From Fistulifera solaris (Eukaryota): a stretch of DNA of 64,000 nt. Position 1 is the first letter of the stretch, and every line of letters begins with the position of its first letter. The position numbers and the translations under genes are program-made. Positions 50,101 through 61,600 of this stretch are shown piece after piece. Under the pieces are notes generated by a model. That model searched no databases and had not been told where the DNA came from. It saw nothing but the letters and a program-made list of their open reading frames with translations. Location: contig AP026150.1 of assembly GCA_030295235.1 (NCBI GenBank), positions 1 to 64,000 on the forward strand, given 5' to 3'.

Positions 50101-53100
50101 CTGAATCTACAACGACAAAGCGCTTCTCTTTGGACACGAGCTCCGGTCTCTATCAAGCACTCTGTAAAGCATCTGGTGGCGCATGTTCTTATCCTGCCAA
50201 AGTCGTCTTGCAGTCGAATCTTGCCTGCACTGGTATCGAATGCGAAGTGGACGAGCCCCGCATCGTGAAAGTAAACGGCATGTACTACGAATATTCTCGT
50301 CCGCCATGTGTTCAGCAAGCTTACTACAGCAATCCGGCAATGATGACGAACCAATGGGGATGGGCATACTGCGCCGATCGACGCACGGCAGCTGGATCCG
50401 TTGCATGCTGCCCCGATAGTACTGGAAAAGCAAACACTGGTGTAGTAAAATTCGATGGAGAAAAGCTGACGTTTGACAGATCTGTGGCACGTTGCAAGGC
50501 GAATGGTATGAACGCATGTGAAGTTCCATGGTGGGACTGTAACGGGTGCAACGAGCAACTAGGGCACTGGACCACACATGCTTGCAACTTGGTAGTGAAA
50601 GTTCATCGTGATGGGAAAATTGGAATTGTGCACGAAGTGATTGACAGTAGACCGAATGTGGGCAAAAATATCCACTACAACATTCGAAAAGACACGAAGA
50701 CTTCTTTCCGGGTTGACTGGCAGGGGCCACTGAACACGCTGCTAAGTTCTTACGACACACAATGTGGTGCTATGGACTGCAAATTTGATTCCATGCAGAG
50801 CATTTGTCTTTGTCCTGTATCCAGCGTGGTCGATTCTCCGGTCTTTTCCAGCGCACCGACAAAGACTCAAGTCCTTTCTCAATTGCGCATCGGATCGTTT
50901 TCTCCAGACATTTTGACAGGATACAGCGCTAGAGATCTTGGAAATGGTGTTGTGATGTATTCCACTGACGGGTTGATTTCGGCGAAATCAGTCTTTCAGG
51001 TGATAGATGCAAATGGAGTTACGCATCTCCGAAAGAATGTCAAATCGATTGTGACAGTAGGTTCAGGGGGACTTTCATTCCGTAACCCGCCCCACTTTAA
51101 TTTTCTTGCGTTCCCTGAGCTCCGTGATGCCGTGTACGAGACTGAAGCTGGACTTGACCATTACTTTGTAAGTCGTATGAGTTACCTGTGCGTTGTGTTG
51201 AACTCCAAACTGACACGCCATTTCTTTGATATCCTTTAGCACCACCCGAACACGGCGCCTTTCCTGGCTTCGAGAATGCTGCAGCGCTTTGGCTTATCCA
51301 ATCCTTCTCCCCGCATGATATCAACGGTTGCGACTGCCTTCCGCACGGGAGTCTATGCAACAGGTGGAGTGACTTTAGGTAGTAAAAAGTATGGCGACAT
51401 GTTCGCAATGATGGCTGCTATTCTTCTTGATCGCGAGTCTCGTGCCCCTGTTCTCGATGCAGATCCTGCTTCCGGGTCGCTTCAAGAGCCATTCCTTCGA
51501 TACGTTCGAGCTATGAGGTCGCTCGAGTTCAAGTCTTCTCTTGATGCTCCCTACGTGCGCTTCAAGACGTACTTCCCGAACGCCCTCGGACAGCAGCCAC
51601 ACCTGCAAACAAGTGTGTTCTCTTTTTTTAAACCTGAATACTCTCCTGCCGGACCCATAGGAAATGCTGGTCTTTATTGTCCAGAGTGTCAGCTTACTGA
51701 TGGCCCGAAGGCAATCACTTTGATGAACGCATTGAACAGTCTTGTAAAATATGGATTGAGCTCTGATTACGGTGGATTCGGGCACGGAAGAGGACTCGCA
51801 CCAAGCAAGGGTGACTACTCGAACTCATTTGGTAGTTTGACTTTGAAACTCAGTGATTCGTCGACGGCGACTCAAGTAGTGGATGAGCTTGCACTGCTAC
51901 TGACTGCTGGTAGATTGGATGCTCAAAAGCGAATATTGATGGCGAACGTGTTAAGTTCGCAGGTTTCGAGGGCGCAAGGCATCATCACGGTTGAGCAAAT
52001 GATGCTCACGACTCCCGAGTTTCACACAAATACCTTGTCGCAGAACAACGGGGGTGCAGTTTCTTTGCCATCTTTGCCGGCACAGAACACCAATCCGTAC
52101 AAAGCAGTAATTTACGTGATGCTTTCGGGAGGCGTAGACTCCTTCAACATGCTTGTTCCGCAGGTGTGCAGTGGAAGGAATAATGCTGGGATTACAGTTG
52201 ATCAACAGTACAATGCGGAGCGTGGGAGTTTAGCACTCCCATCGGGGGAACGCTCTTTTCAGATTGCTGCAACAGGTCAGCCTTGTTCGACATTCGCAAT
52301 CCACAAAGAACTGCCGCTGTTCAAGTCGTTGTATGATGCCGGCGATTTGACCTTCATCGCAAACATGGGAGTGCTGAATGATATAGCTGGAATCGACAAA
52401 GTGAATTACATAGCCAAGACACGCATTCAATTGTTTGCTCACAACTGGATGCAACAAGAGGCAAAGACGATGGACCCGAAAGTGTCTAAGCTCGGTACTG
52501 GTGTCCTTGGTCGACTGAGCTCGGTGTTGAAGGACAAAGGATACACACCGGGTTCTGTTTCATTTGATAGTGAGTCTATTTCCGTTTCTCCGGAGCGTAA
52601 TAAGACACCCAAACCGGTCGTTGTGAGTCCCTATGGGGTTAGCAAGTTCGACGCCAAGCCAACGTCTGAAACATTTGATTTGATGTCGTACGCCAAGCAG
52701 TTGAATGCGAAGCCAGGCTCGGCCGATTCATTGTTTGGTCAGACTTGGGCTACAAGGCTCCTTGATGGCATGAACGAAGCAGAGTTTTTCAGCAGCAAAA
52801 TTGATCAGGCTCCTTTAGGAAGTCACTGGACGTGGGACATGGGCCACATTGGTTACCAGTTTCGTATGCTTTCCAAACTTGTGAAGAGTCGTGCCGTGAG
52901 GGGAGTCGATCGCGATGTGTTTTATACTGAGTATGGCGGCTGGGATCACCATGCAGGGCAGGTCTCCGGCTTACAGAACAATTTCAGGGAACTGAACAAG
53001 TCTTTGAATATGTTAGTGACGGAACTGAAACTACAGGGCGTGTGGAACGATGTGACTATTGTTATTGCTTCGGAATTTGGACGAACTCTTACGCCGAACT

Positions 53101-53468
53101 CAGGCGGTGGATCGGACCATGCTTGGGGAGGACATTATGCGTTGATGGGAGGCGATGTCAAGGGAGGAAAGATTCTTGGCCAATATCCTACCGATTTGAC
53201 CGAGAAAGGACCATTGAACGTCGGCCGCGGGCGTTTCATTCCTACGACAAGTTGGGATGCTGTTTGGAACGGAATCTTGCAGTGGATGGGAATTAGTACG
53301 GAAGCAGAACTTGACTATTGCTTGCCAAATCGAAAGGCAACTTCCGGTGTAAGCGGCTTCACAAATCTGATGTGGCGAAGCGATCTTTTCCAATCCACTG
53401 GTCGTAACAGGCATTTGCGCGAGCGAGAAAAGGACTCTGTTCAACAGAAAGCAGAAAACATGATCTGA
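47198..53468 (+). CDS. DUF1800-DUF1501 fusion protein, copy E, with in-frame TAA at 47632-47634 (possible young pseudogene or split gene); introns 47211-47272, 48033-48100, 49496-49570, 49878-49955, 51168-51239
   Basis: A 13-nt first exon plus exon 2 give MMKKALSWLLVLLIAKADA-Q; otherwise intact, with the full motif set. GAT TAA ATG replaces GAT GAA ACG of copy D. Confidence 0.86.
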
Positions 53469-54247
53469 GTGAACGATGTGTAGTTCTAGAGACTAAGATT
53501 TGTAATCTGTTGAATCTTGTTAAAGATAGATCTCCTAGCTGCTGGCGTCATAGACCGAGTGACGCGAGACGTCACTCACATGATGCAGGCACAGCGACAT
53601 GGCATTGACAACGACCATATTAGTCCCTTTATCGCTCCTTGACAGTAATACACAATGTTCGCTTCGGTGATCGGTGACAATGAGAACCAAAAGTGCCGAC
53701 ATGACAAGCTTGAGCCTTGAGACGCGAACACAGAACATTATCTCCTATAGTAGATAAACACGACTGAATCTAGTTCTGCGCTTCACTCCGCAATATGCCA
53801 TGTTAAATGTGCTCTCACCGTTTCGATTGAATTGATCATGATTTAACCCCAATAGCCTTCTGCGTTGCTTCTCTCTAGAGTCTTTTCATTCACGATGTCT
53901 TACTTTGTTACCGATAGAGTCCACCAGATGTGTGTTCTACGGCCAACGAGCAACCGCGAAGCTCACAAATCCCGAAATCAACTCCTAGAGCCTGATTGCA
54001 CGCTAGAGCGGCGACAAGCGGCCTCACATGCGCGAACAAAAAGGCGGAACATGGCCACAGTTGCACACGGCACGTTCCAGTTTGGGTTTAATCTTGTAGA
54101 ACGTAACACAACGCACATTTGCGGGACACATTCCCGCAACCTTGAAAATAATTCTCAAACGGATCTCATAATTTTCTAAACTGTCAATTAGTGAAGGTAA
54201 GATCCGTCCTTGGTTGCTTTAAAAATTGAAACCAAACCGCTGTCAAG

Positions 54248-54804
54248 ATGATTGGATCCTCTAGAGTTGATTGATATTGACGATTGCGGGGAGGAGTCGA
54301 TTTGTGTCAATGAAGACTGCGATATCGCTAATCCCGAAGATCCCTGCGACCTCGATGATTATTGTCGAGACAATACGTGCTGTGACAATAGATACACGGG
54401 AGGATATGTTTTCAAATGCAGTAAGACGGCGTATTTGTGTGGTCCTCCCGACTTGGCTTCGTTTGAATGCAACGTGGGCAATCGAGGCGTCACCGAAGTG
54501 GTGCACTTGGAGTATCCGGCGTGCATCGGTACGGGGGAATGTGCAACTCGACGAGTTGTGTTTGAACAATCGCGGCTTGAGTAATTTCGTGCGCGGTGAA
54601 TGTACTTTCGATGGAGAAGGAAATCAGTTCTGGACGTGTGATGAAGAGGTTGACAAGGTTGAAATCGATGAGTATTATGAAGGAACATTCCCGATTCCCT
54701 TTGTCGTCACGACAGGAACGGGTCAGTGTCTTGACGAAGAACAGGAAATGATTCTTGAGACGGATTCGACGACTCGTCATCTACGAGGACCTGAATTCTG
54801 GTAA
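54248..54804 (+). pseudogene. Acidic Cys-rich protein gene fragment; frameshifted at ~54560-54584, no intact signal peptide
   Basis: Two overlapping ORFs rich in C/D/E (DDCGEESICVNEDC..CCDNRY; GECTFDGEGNQFWTCDEE..GQCLDEE) ending TTRHLRGPEFW*. Confidence 0.55.
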
Positions 54805-55313
54805 CAGAGAAACGCGCTGCATTTGTATATGATAACATGATTTCGATGATTTACTCGCACAAGCATTTCAAGAAGGGAAAATAATGGGAAATACGTTGAC
54901 GGCTCTCTTTAACATTGCACGAATAAATAAAAATATTACGTAATGATACAATGAAAAATGAAATTGATGAATGCTTGATTGTATATTATTGAGTGAAATG
55001 AGATTTAATCAAAGATGCAATGAGCAATGCAACGACGAGCACCTCTCTTTAGCTAGACTTCGCTAGACGCTAGCCACTAGACGGAGATGATCTCAGAAGG
55101 AAACAAAGGTTGAGGAACGGTTAATACAAAAAGAAAATTGTCGTAATACCATTCGAATGATATTATTGAGTACCGATCAATAACAACTATACAAACGACG
55201 ATAAAAAAAGCAAGCAACAACCATGGACGCAAACAATTACAATTGCGATGAGAGTCTGTTTTATTTGTCTTCTTATATTCACCACCTTTGATTAAAGAAA
55301 GCTTTACCCGAAC

Positions 55314-58300
55314 ATGAGTCAACAACACGAAAATGTCGTTGAGGAATTCAAATATGTATGGAATCGATTGCGAGGGAATTTATCGACCGAGGATTCGAAA
55401 AAAGTCCTCACGACGACACCGCAACGTAAATCACGTTGGTTTGGACGTCATCAAGAAACGACTCCTCCTCCTCCTCCAACGGCTCTGTATGTCACCCTGA
55501 CACAAATGGAAACAATAGTCGAAGATTTACGACGATTAGCCGAGTTGGTGGTGACGGGTGAAAACGCCGTGACCGCCGGAGAAAAACAAAAGCAACAACC
55601 AACAACCGCCGAGACTCCGAAGGACCCGGAAGAAGAATCAGACTTGACAATGTCGTTACAGTCTCATGCACAATTGTTTGATTTGTTCATTGAAGAACAT
55701 GTTTTGTCGTACATGGTGGATCTGGTACTCGGTTCTCTCTTTTCTTCTTCTTCTTCTTCTTCTTCTTCAAATAATGCACCCAGATTACTACCACCATTAC
55801 CAGTCGCCACACAAGCCATTCAATCCATTTCCATTCTTATACAAAATGTTTCACAAGTGACCAGTTTGTATTTATTATTATCGAGCGATACGATCAATCG
55901 TTTGAGTCAAGATTTGCCTCTCGACGATTATCTCGCCGCCGAGCGGCACGGGCAATTGCAACACCCCGATCCCTCCAGCATCTTGACCTTCCATTCACCG
56001 GCCTTGACAGATTTTGCGACGCATTTTGTCACTTTACTGAAATCACTGGCAATGCGAGTGACACCAGAGACGTTGCAATTCTTTGTACAGTATCCGGCGG
56101 AAGATCGACCCGCCTTGCAATTCCCACTCTACGATCGGGCTCTCGAATTTTGTGCCGCGCATCATGATTCGTTTGTGCGAACGACGGCCCTTAATATTTG
56201 TTTGAATGTTTTGCGTCTAACGACAGTCGACGAACCGCAGCACGAGGAAACCACAAGTGATCCACCGGCGCTGCCCATGGGGGTGTTGCATACCTCGTAT
56301 TTGCCCTTCTCGGATCGTTTGTTGATTGCGCAATACGCCTGTCTGCCGCGACGTGTCGAACCACTGATTGCGCCAATATTTACCAAATTAGCGGAAAGAT
56401 GGAATGCTTTGGAGGAGCATTTGCGTGAGATACCCCCGAGTTGAGTGACAGCAATGCCAAAGCCTCCTTGGTGAAACATCAAGTGCGGGTCGATCGGTGG
56501 TTGTCGCAATGGCGCAATCAAGCGGATCAGTTGCACGATGAATTGCTCTTTCTGCAAGATGTCTTTCAGGTGGGTTTGACGTCCTTGAACGAGCAGTTGA
56601 TTGAAATGATGTTGGCGACTTTTGTGTACCCGTTACAGCTCCAACCGCTGCTGTTGTACTGCAAGTGCGTCGAATCCCCCAACAACATTAATGAACGTGA
56701 CATACCTTCTACACTGTGGGCACCCGCACAAGCGGCCTTGTTTACAATTGCGGCGTGTTTTCATTTCTTGGAGCATCCGGCGTTGTTGAAACTGTTGTGG
56801 GTCGCACTCTTTCATCCATTAAGTCCGGATTCGACGAGTGTCCCGACGATTCGTGCTCAATTGCAAGTGGAATCCGTCAATGAAGCAGGTAGACCGTGTT
56901 TGCGAATGGACTCGCGGCATACGCTAAACATGAATTCCCGAGAAACATATCCGTTTGGGAGTCGCGTTGCGAATGCGGAATTACCGGATGTTTCCGCCGA
57001 GGAGGCGTGCGTCTTTGTGTTAGCGCCCGCCTTGCAACAAGTGTTGGCATTCCGAGGGGATGATATGGCTTTGCTCGCTAAAACGAAACCGAATCCTTAT
57101 CGTCAGGCTTGGCTGACTTGTTTACAACCAAGTATATCGCAATTTAGTATGACGCTGAGACACTTGGCCATTGCCACTCTGAATGCTGCTGTGCAAGCCT
57201 TACCAGTGAGCTTAGTATCTCCTATTCTTTTGGGCACTGATCTTAAACAGTTTCATGACGATATGCCGATCGACGAAAGAGATTTAGATTCAACTGCAGC
57301 ACATATCGACGACCGGGGTCTGGGTAGCAGCAATGTTTACCAATCCAGACACGCATTGACCAAAACGAGAGGAGTGGGTGCGGATCATTCAGGTGTGGTA
57401 GTGTCGCGACTGGCGACGAGTGTTGTCTATCAGTCACCAGGACAACAGCAAATCTATGATGCAACCGCAGCTCACGCACTGATATACCTTGTTTATACAA
57501 ATCCGCAAGCGTTAAAACTAGCTGCACAGAGCATCGATTCTGTGTGGCGACATGCGGCACACGCGTCTTGCCGATCAGCTGTGTTACTGAGAGATTGCCC
57601 AACTCTTCGTGGAGCTCCTAGTATACAAGACCCGAGATATGATGACAAGCTGGCGACGGCGCTCATGGACATGGTGTTCTATGGAAGTGGAGACTTTCCC
57701 CAATTCCAGCCTGGTTTGATTGATTTTCTGATGCAAACTACTAGTGATAAGGAATCGATGCCAGCGTGTTCTCTCGCTGTGTGGTCTTGCGGCACTTTTG
57801 CGGACCTGACGGAGCAGATCGGGAAACAGTTCAGAAAGGCAGACATAAAGAATGATGACCAGAAGCTACTGGAAGAAAAGCGTACCAATTTGCACTACAT
57901 TTGGCAACTAGATGCGTTTGCCTCCCTGTTGAGGGATTTATCAGCCACACAAGGCGTTGCCTTGCGTACCGTTTCGAAGTTGACAAGTCTTGTGCGCTTG
58001 GATGATGGCACCTTTGCTAACAAGGATTTTAGTTCGATTCAACGCAAGTTCCAGGCATTCGCTACTTTGTCTCCTAAAGCCTTAGACACCCTATTTTGCG
58101 AAGATGCGGTGACTGTCCTACCAGAAATAGGTTCCACTGTAGACATTGCTGGCAATTCGGCTGTTCCTTGCGTTTGTGAAGCTCCACCGAAGTCGTCGTT
58201 GCCTATTGCTGAAGGCGTTTCCTGGCTGTCTCTCTACCTTGTACCTCAAGACGGTAGTTTGCTTTTTGTACAACAGAATATGAAACTGCTGATGGCATGT

Positions 58301-58609
58301 CCTTTAGAACGTGTTTGGATTGTTGCAGACCCAGAAACGCCCGCAGATGATTCTTCAGCTCGCAAACTGCTACTTCAATACACTTGGATCGATACAAGTC
58401 CTCCGCCGCTTTTCCTATTTGACAATGCCGTACCCAAACCGGAAGTCGTGGAGCAATGCTTTTTAAAAATGCAACTGAATACCAGCACGTGCATTGTGTG
58501 GTTCGAAGATCAGACCATAGCAGATAACGCTATGTCTCTCTTGATCCGAGCAATTTTTATGGCACGGTCGACGCGAGGGGAACGCATACAGCGATTTTTC
58601 TCGCCCTAA
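55314..58609 (+). CDS. CLEC16A: CLEC16A / TRANSPARENT TESTA 9 / GOP-1-like FPL-domain endolysosomal trafficking protein; one frameshift in the C-run at ~56435
   Basis: LRRLAELVVTG, LFDLFIEEHVL, QAIQSISILIQNVSQVTSLYLLLS, FVTLLKSLAMRVTPETLQFF, FPLYDRALEF..HHDSFVRTTALNICLNV, DELLFLQDVF match the FPL-domain N-terminus. The two ORFs join by adding one C. Confidence 0.82.
55743..55769 (+). repeat. (TCT)n microsatellite encoding poly-Ser inside the CLEC16A-like gene
   Basis: Eight TCT plus TCA, in frame. Confidence 0.9.
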
Positions 58610-58680
58610 GACTGCAGCCTATCAAGAGTTCTTCGAAAATTTGCAATTCTGGTTACTAGCTAATATTAGATACATGCGGT

Positions 58681-61600
58681 CTAAAATCCATTCGCCTTGT
58701 AAATTCCGTTGTTTTCAAGGTGAAGAACTCCGTCAGCCTCAAAGGCGTGCATCATTTCTTGCTTGGCGCTTGTGTCGACAACTTCTGGGAGGAAGCCTGA
58801 ACGCCCTTTGGTTTTCGAATGAAACATATCTTCTTGCTTCAACAAACGATGAAAGCCTCCGCCGCTTGCTGAGTGCCGATTGGGAAGAAAGTAATCCAAA
58901 TCAGAGTCCGATGATACCCCCATCCACTCGGCAATGCCATTCCAGATTGAATCCCAGCTCAGAGTCGGGATTAATCTACCTCGACCGACGTTTAAGGGAC
59001 TGTCTGCAGTTAGATCGTTGGGGAATTGACCGAGAATCTTTCCGCCCTGTATATCTCCTCCCATCATTAAATACTGACCACCCCAGCCGTGATCTGATCC
59101 TTTGCCATTGTTCGAAGTTACTGTCCTTCCGAAGTCAGAGCTAATGATTACTGCAACGTCATCCCATATTCCTTGGTGTTTTAATTCAGTTACTAGCAAC
59201 GACAGACCTTTGTTCAAATCTCGAAACATCGGTTGGATCTGTCGTTTCATATCCATATGATGATCCCATCCGGCCCAGGTGGTCACAAAAAATTCACGGC
59301 GTTTTAGACGTTGTGCATGTGTAGAGAGAAGCTTGGCAATCATTGAGAATTTCTGACCATAATCCGGAAGAAATGACGGCCAGTGCTTCCCCAACTTTGC
59401 TTCGTCCAAATGGGACTTGAGGTCTTCGGCCTCTTCTATGCTCTTCAAAAACTGTTGAGACCAAGTCTGGCCGAATAGGGAAATTTGGTACGAGTCAGAG
59501 ATAGCATTGAATTCCGCTGCGTAAGGTCTCACGTCAAAAGGTTCAGAAGCCGGTTTGTGGCCAAATGTCGTGACCCCATTTCGACTAACAATCATCGGAG
59601 CAGGGTTTTCACCAATGTTCGGTTCAACTGCTACAACAGAATCGTCGATTGAGATGGAGCTCGACGACAGGCCTGAACGCTCAAGTATTGCGGCGAGACG
59701 TCCCAGTAGCCCGGTCCCCGGTATGACTTTCTTTGGATCCATGGACTGCGTCTCTTTGATCATTCCATTATGAGCGAACAATTGCATAGTCGTTCGTTCT
59801 TCAAAGTTCATACGAGTCATGTTGACATTTTCTATCATGCCAGCATTTGCGAAAAACACCAAGTCGCTTTCATCGTACAGTTCTTTCAACAAGCTCAGCT
59901 CTGGGTGCAAAACGAATTTGCTGCAGGGTTGCTGCTCCGCGTCGATGATAAGTGTCCTTTCTTCGTCCGTCAAGGCCAGGTCCCCGCGCTCATCGATGTA
60001 CTGCTTATCAACCGAAACGCCAGCACTGTTGGTTCCACTGCAAGTGTGAGGGACCAACATGTTATACGAATCAAATCCACCATCCAAGAAAAGATAAACG
60101 ACCGCTTTGTAGTCTCCAAGCCCTCTTGTTACTTTCGATTTCGCGGCGGGAAGCTTGGAGTGTATTCTCTGTGTGACCGCATTCGTATGAAACTCTGGCG
60201 TGGCCACTATAATCTGCTGAAGGTTTAACAAAGCGGAGTCCGCTGATTTTCGTGTCAATAACATATCATATATTTCGATCAACCGAGCTCGCTTTTCTCT
60301 TGAAAGACGCCCTGCAGTAAGTAATAGGACGAGCTCATCAACAACATCTTCGGACCTGGAATGGGAAAATGGCGCATAAGTTAAGCGTCCTCGTGCCAAA
60401 GTCGTGTTCCCCACTTGGCGCAGGTCTTCATCTTTCGATCGTCCATAACCGAACCCTCCAAAAACAGAGTCAAACCCATTTTTGACAAGGCTTTGAAGGC
60501 CATTGGAAAGCGCGATGGATTTTGGACCTGTCAGAACAAGACATTCAGGACAGACAAGCGATGCCTCTCCAGCTGGGCCTGTGACAAGAAACGTGGTTTT
60601 GTGATGAGATGGTATGATCTGATCGACAAAATAATGAATGCAGTAAATAACTTACCAAAAGGAATATGCTCTGGCAAAAGAAGGAAAAGACACTAGGCAA
60701 CTTGTGACATTGCTGCCCAATCGAGTCTTGCATATTGACGCCCAATCGGATGTATGGATCATTGGAATCGGTTTCAAACTCAAGGGACCTCAGAAGACGA
60801 ACAAACTTCAAGAATGGCTCAAGGATTGATCCATGCGCAGGATCATAATCTAAGACAACAGACCGACTCTCCCGATCGAGTAGAATCGCGGCAATCGTTG
60901 CCATCAAATCACCATACGAACCGGCACCAAACGCAATCAATCTTCCAGATTCATCGAGCGTTTTATAAACACCTTTTCGAAATGCATTGCCAACCTCCAA
61001 AATATACCGGGGAGACGGATTTGAAATTCCGAATCTTTGGATAAATCTGCGCGCTAGAAATGATGCTGTGTTCGGGTGATACTGGATCCGCACCGTTGAG
61101 CAATCATGGAAACGTGTGAGGTTTAAATTAAGAAAAAAGTGCATGAAGGGAAACAAGGATACTCACAAAGTAATGGTCAATCCCTTCATCCATTTCGTAT
61201 ACCCCATCGCGTACTTCTGGATAAGCGATTGACATGAAGTGAGGAGGATTTCGAAAAGAAACGACGATGGCTTCTCTCCCCACAATGACTTCAGACCGAA
61301 TGTTCTTCCGAAACGAGATTCTCCCATTATTATCAACTATTTCGAAAATGGTGGACTCATCTAGCTTTTCCGTCTTTGAAAACATTGTGACACCGTTTCC
61401 CAAATCGTGCTTCGAGAGATCATGTCGACCATAAGGAGAAAATGCGCCAATCTTCAATTCTTCGAGGATTTGATTTCGCGTTGGAGCAATTGAAAACGCG
61501 CGATAGTCCATCACTGTGACGGGACACAGGCAAAGGTTGTCCGTCGAATCCCGCTCGCATCCCATGTTGTCGCACCAATCATCGTAGAACTCCAATACAT

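Noticed and set aside
1296..60700. Programmed ribosomal frameshifting
   Set aside because: Frameshift positions are not shared between paralogues and fall in assorted homopolymers, as expected for read errors
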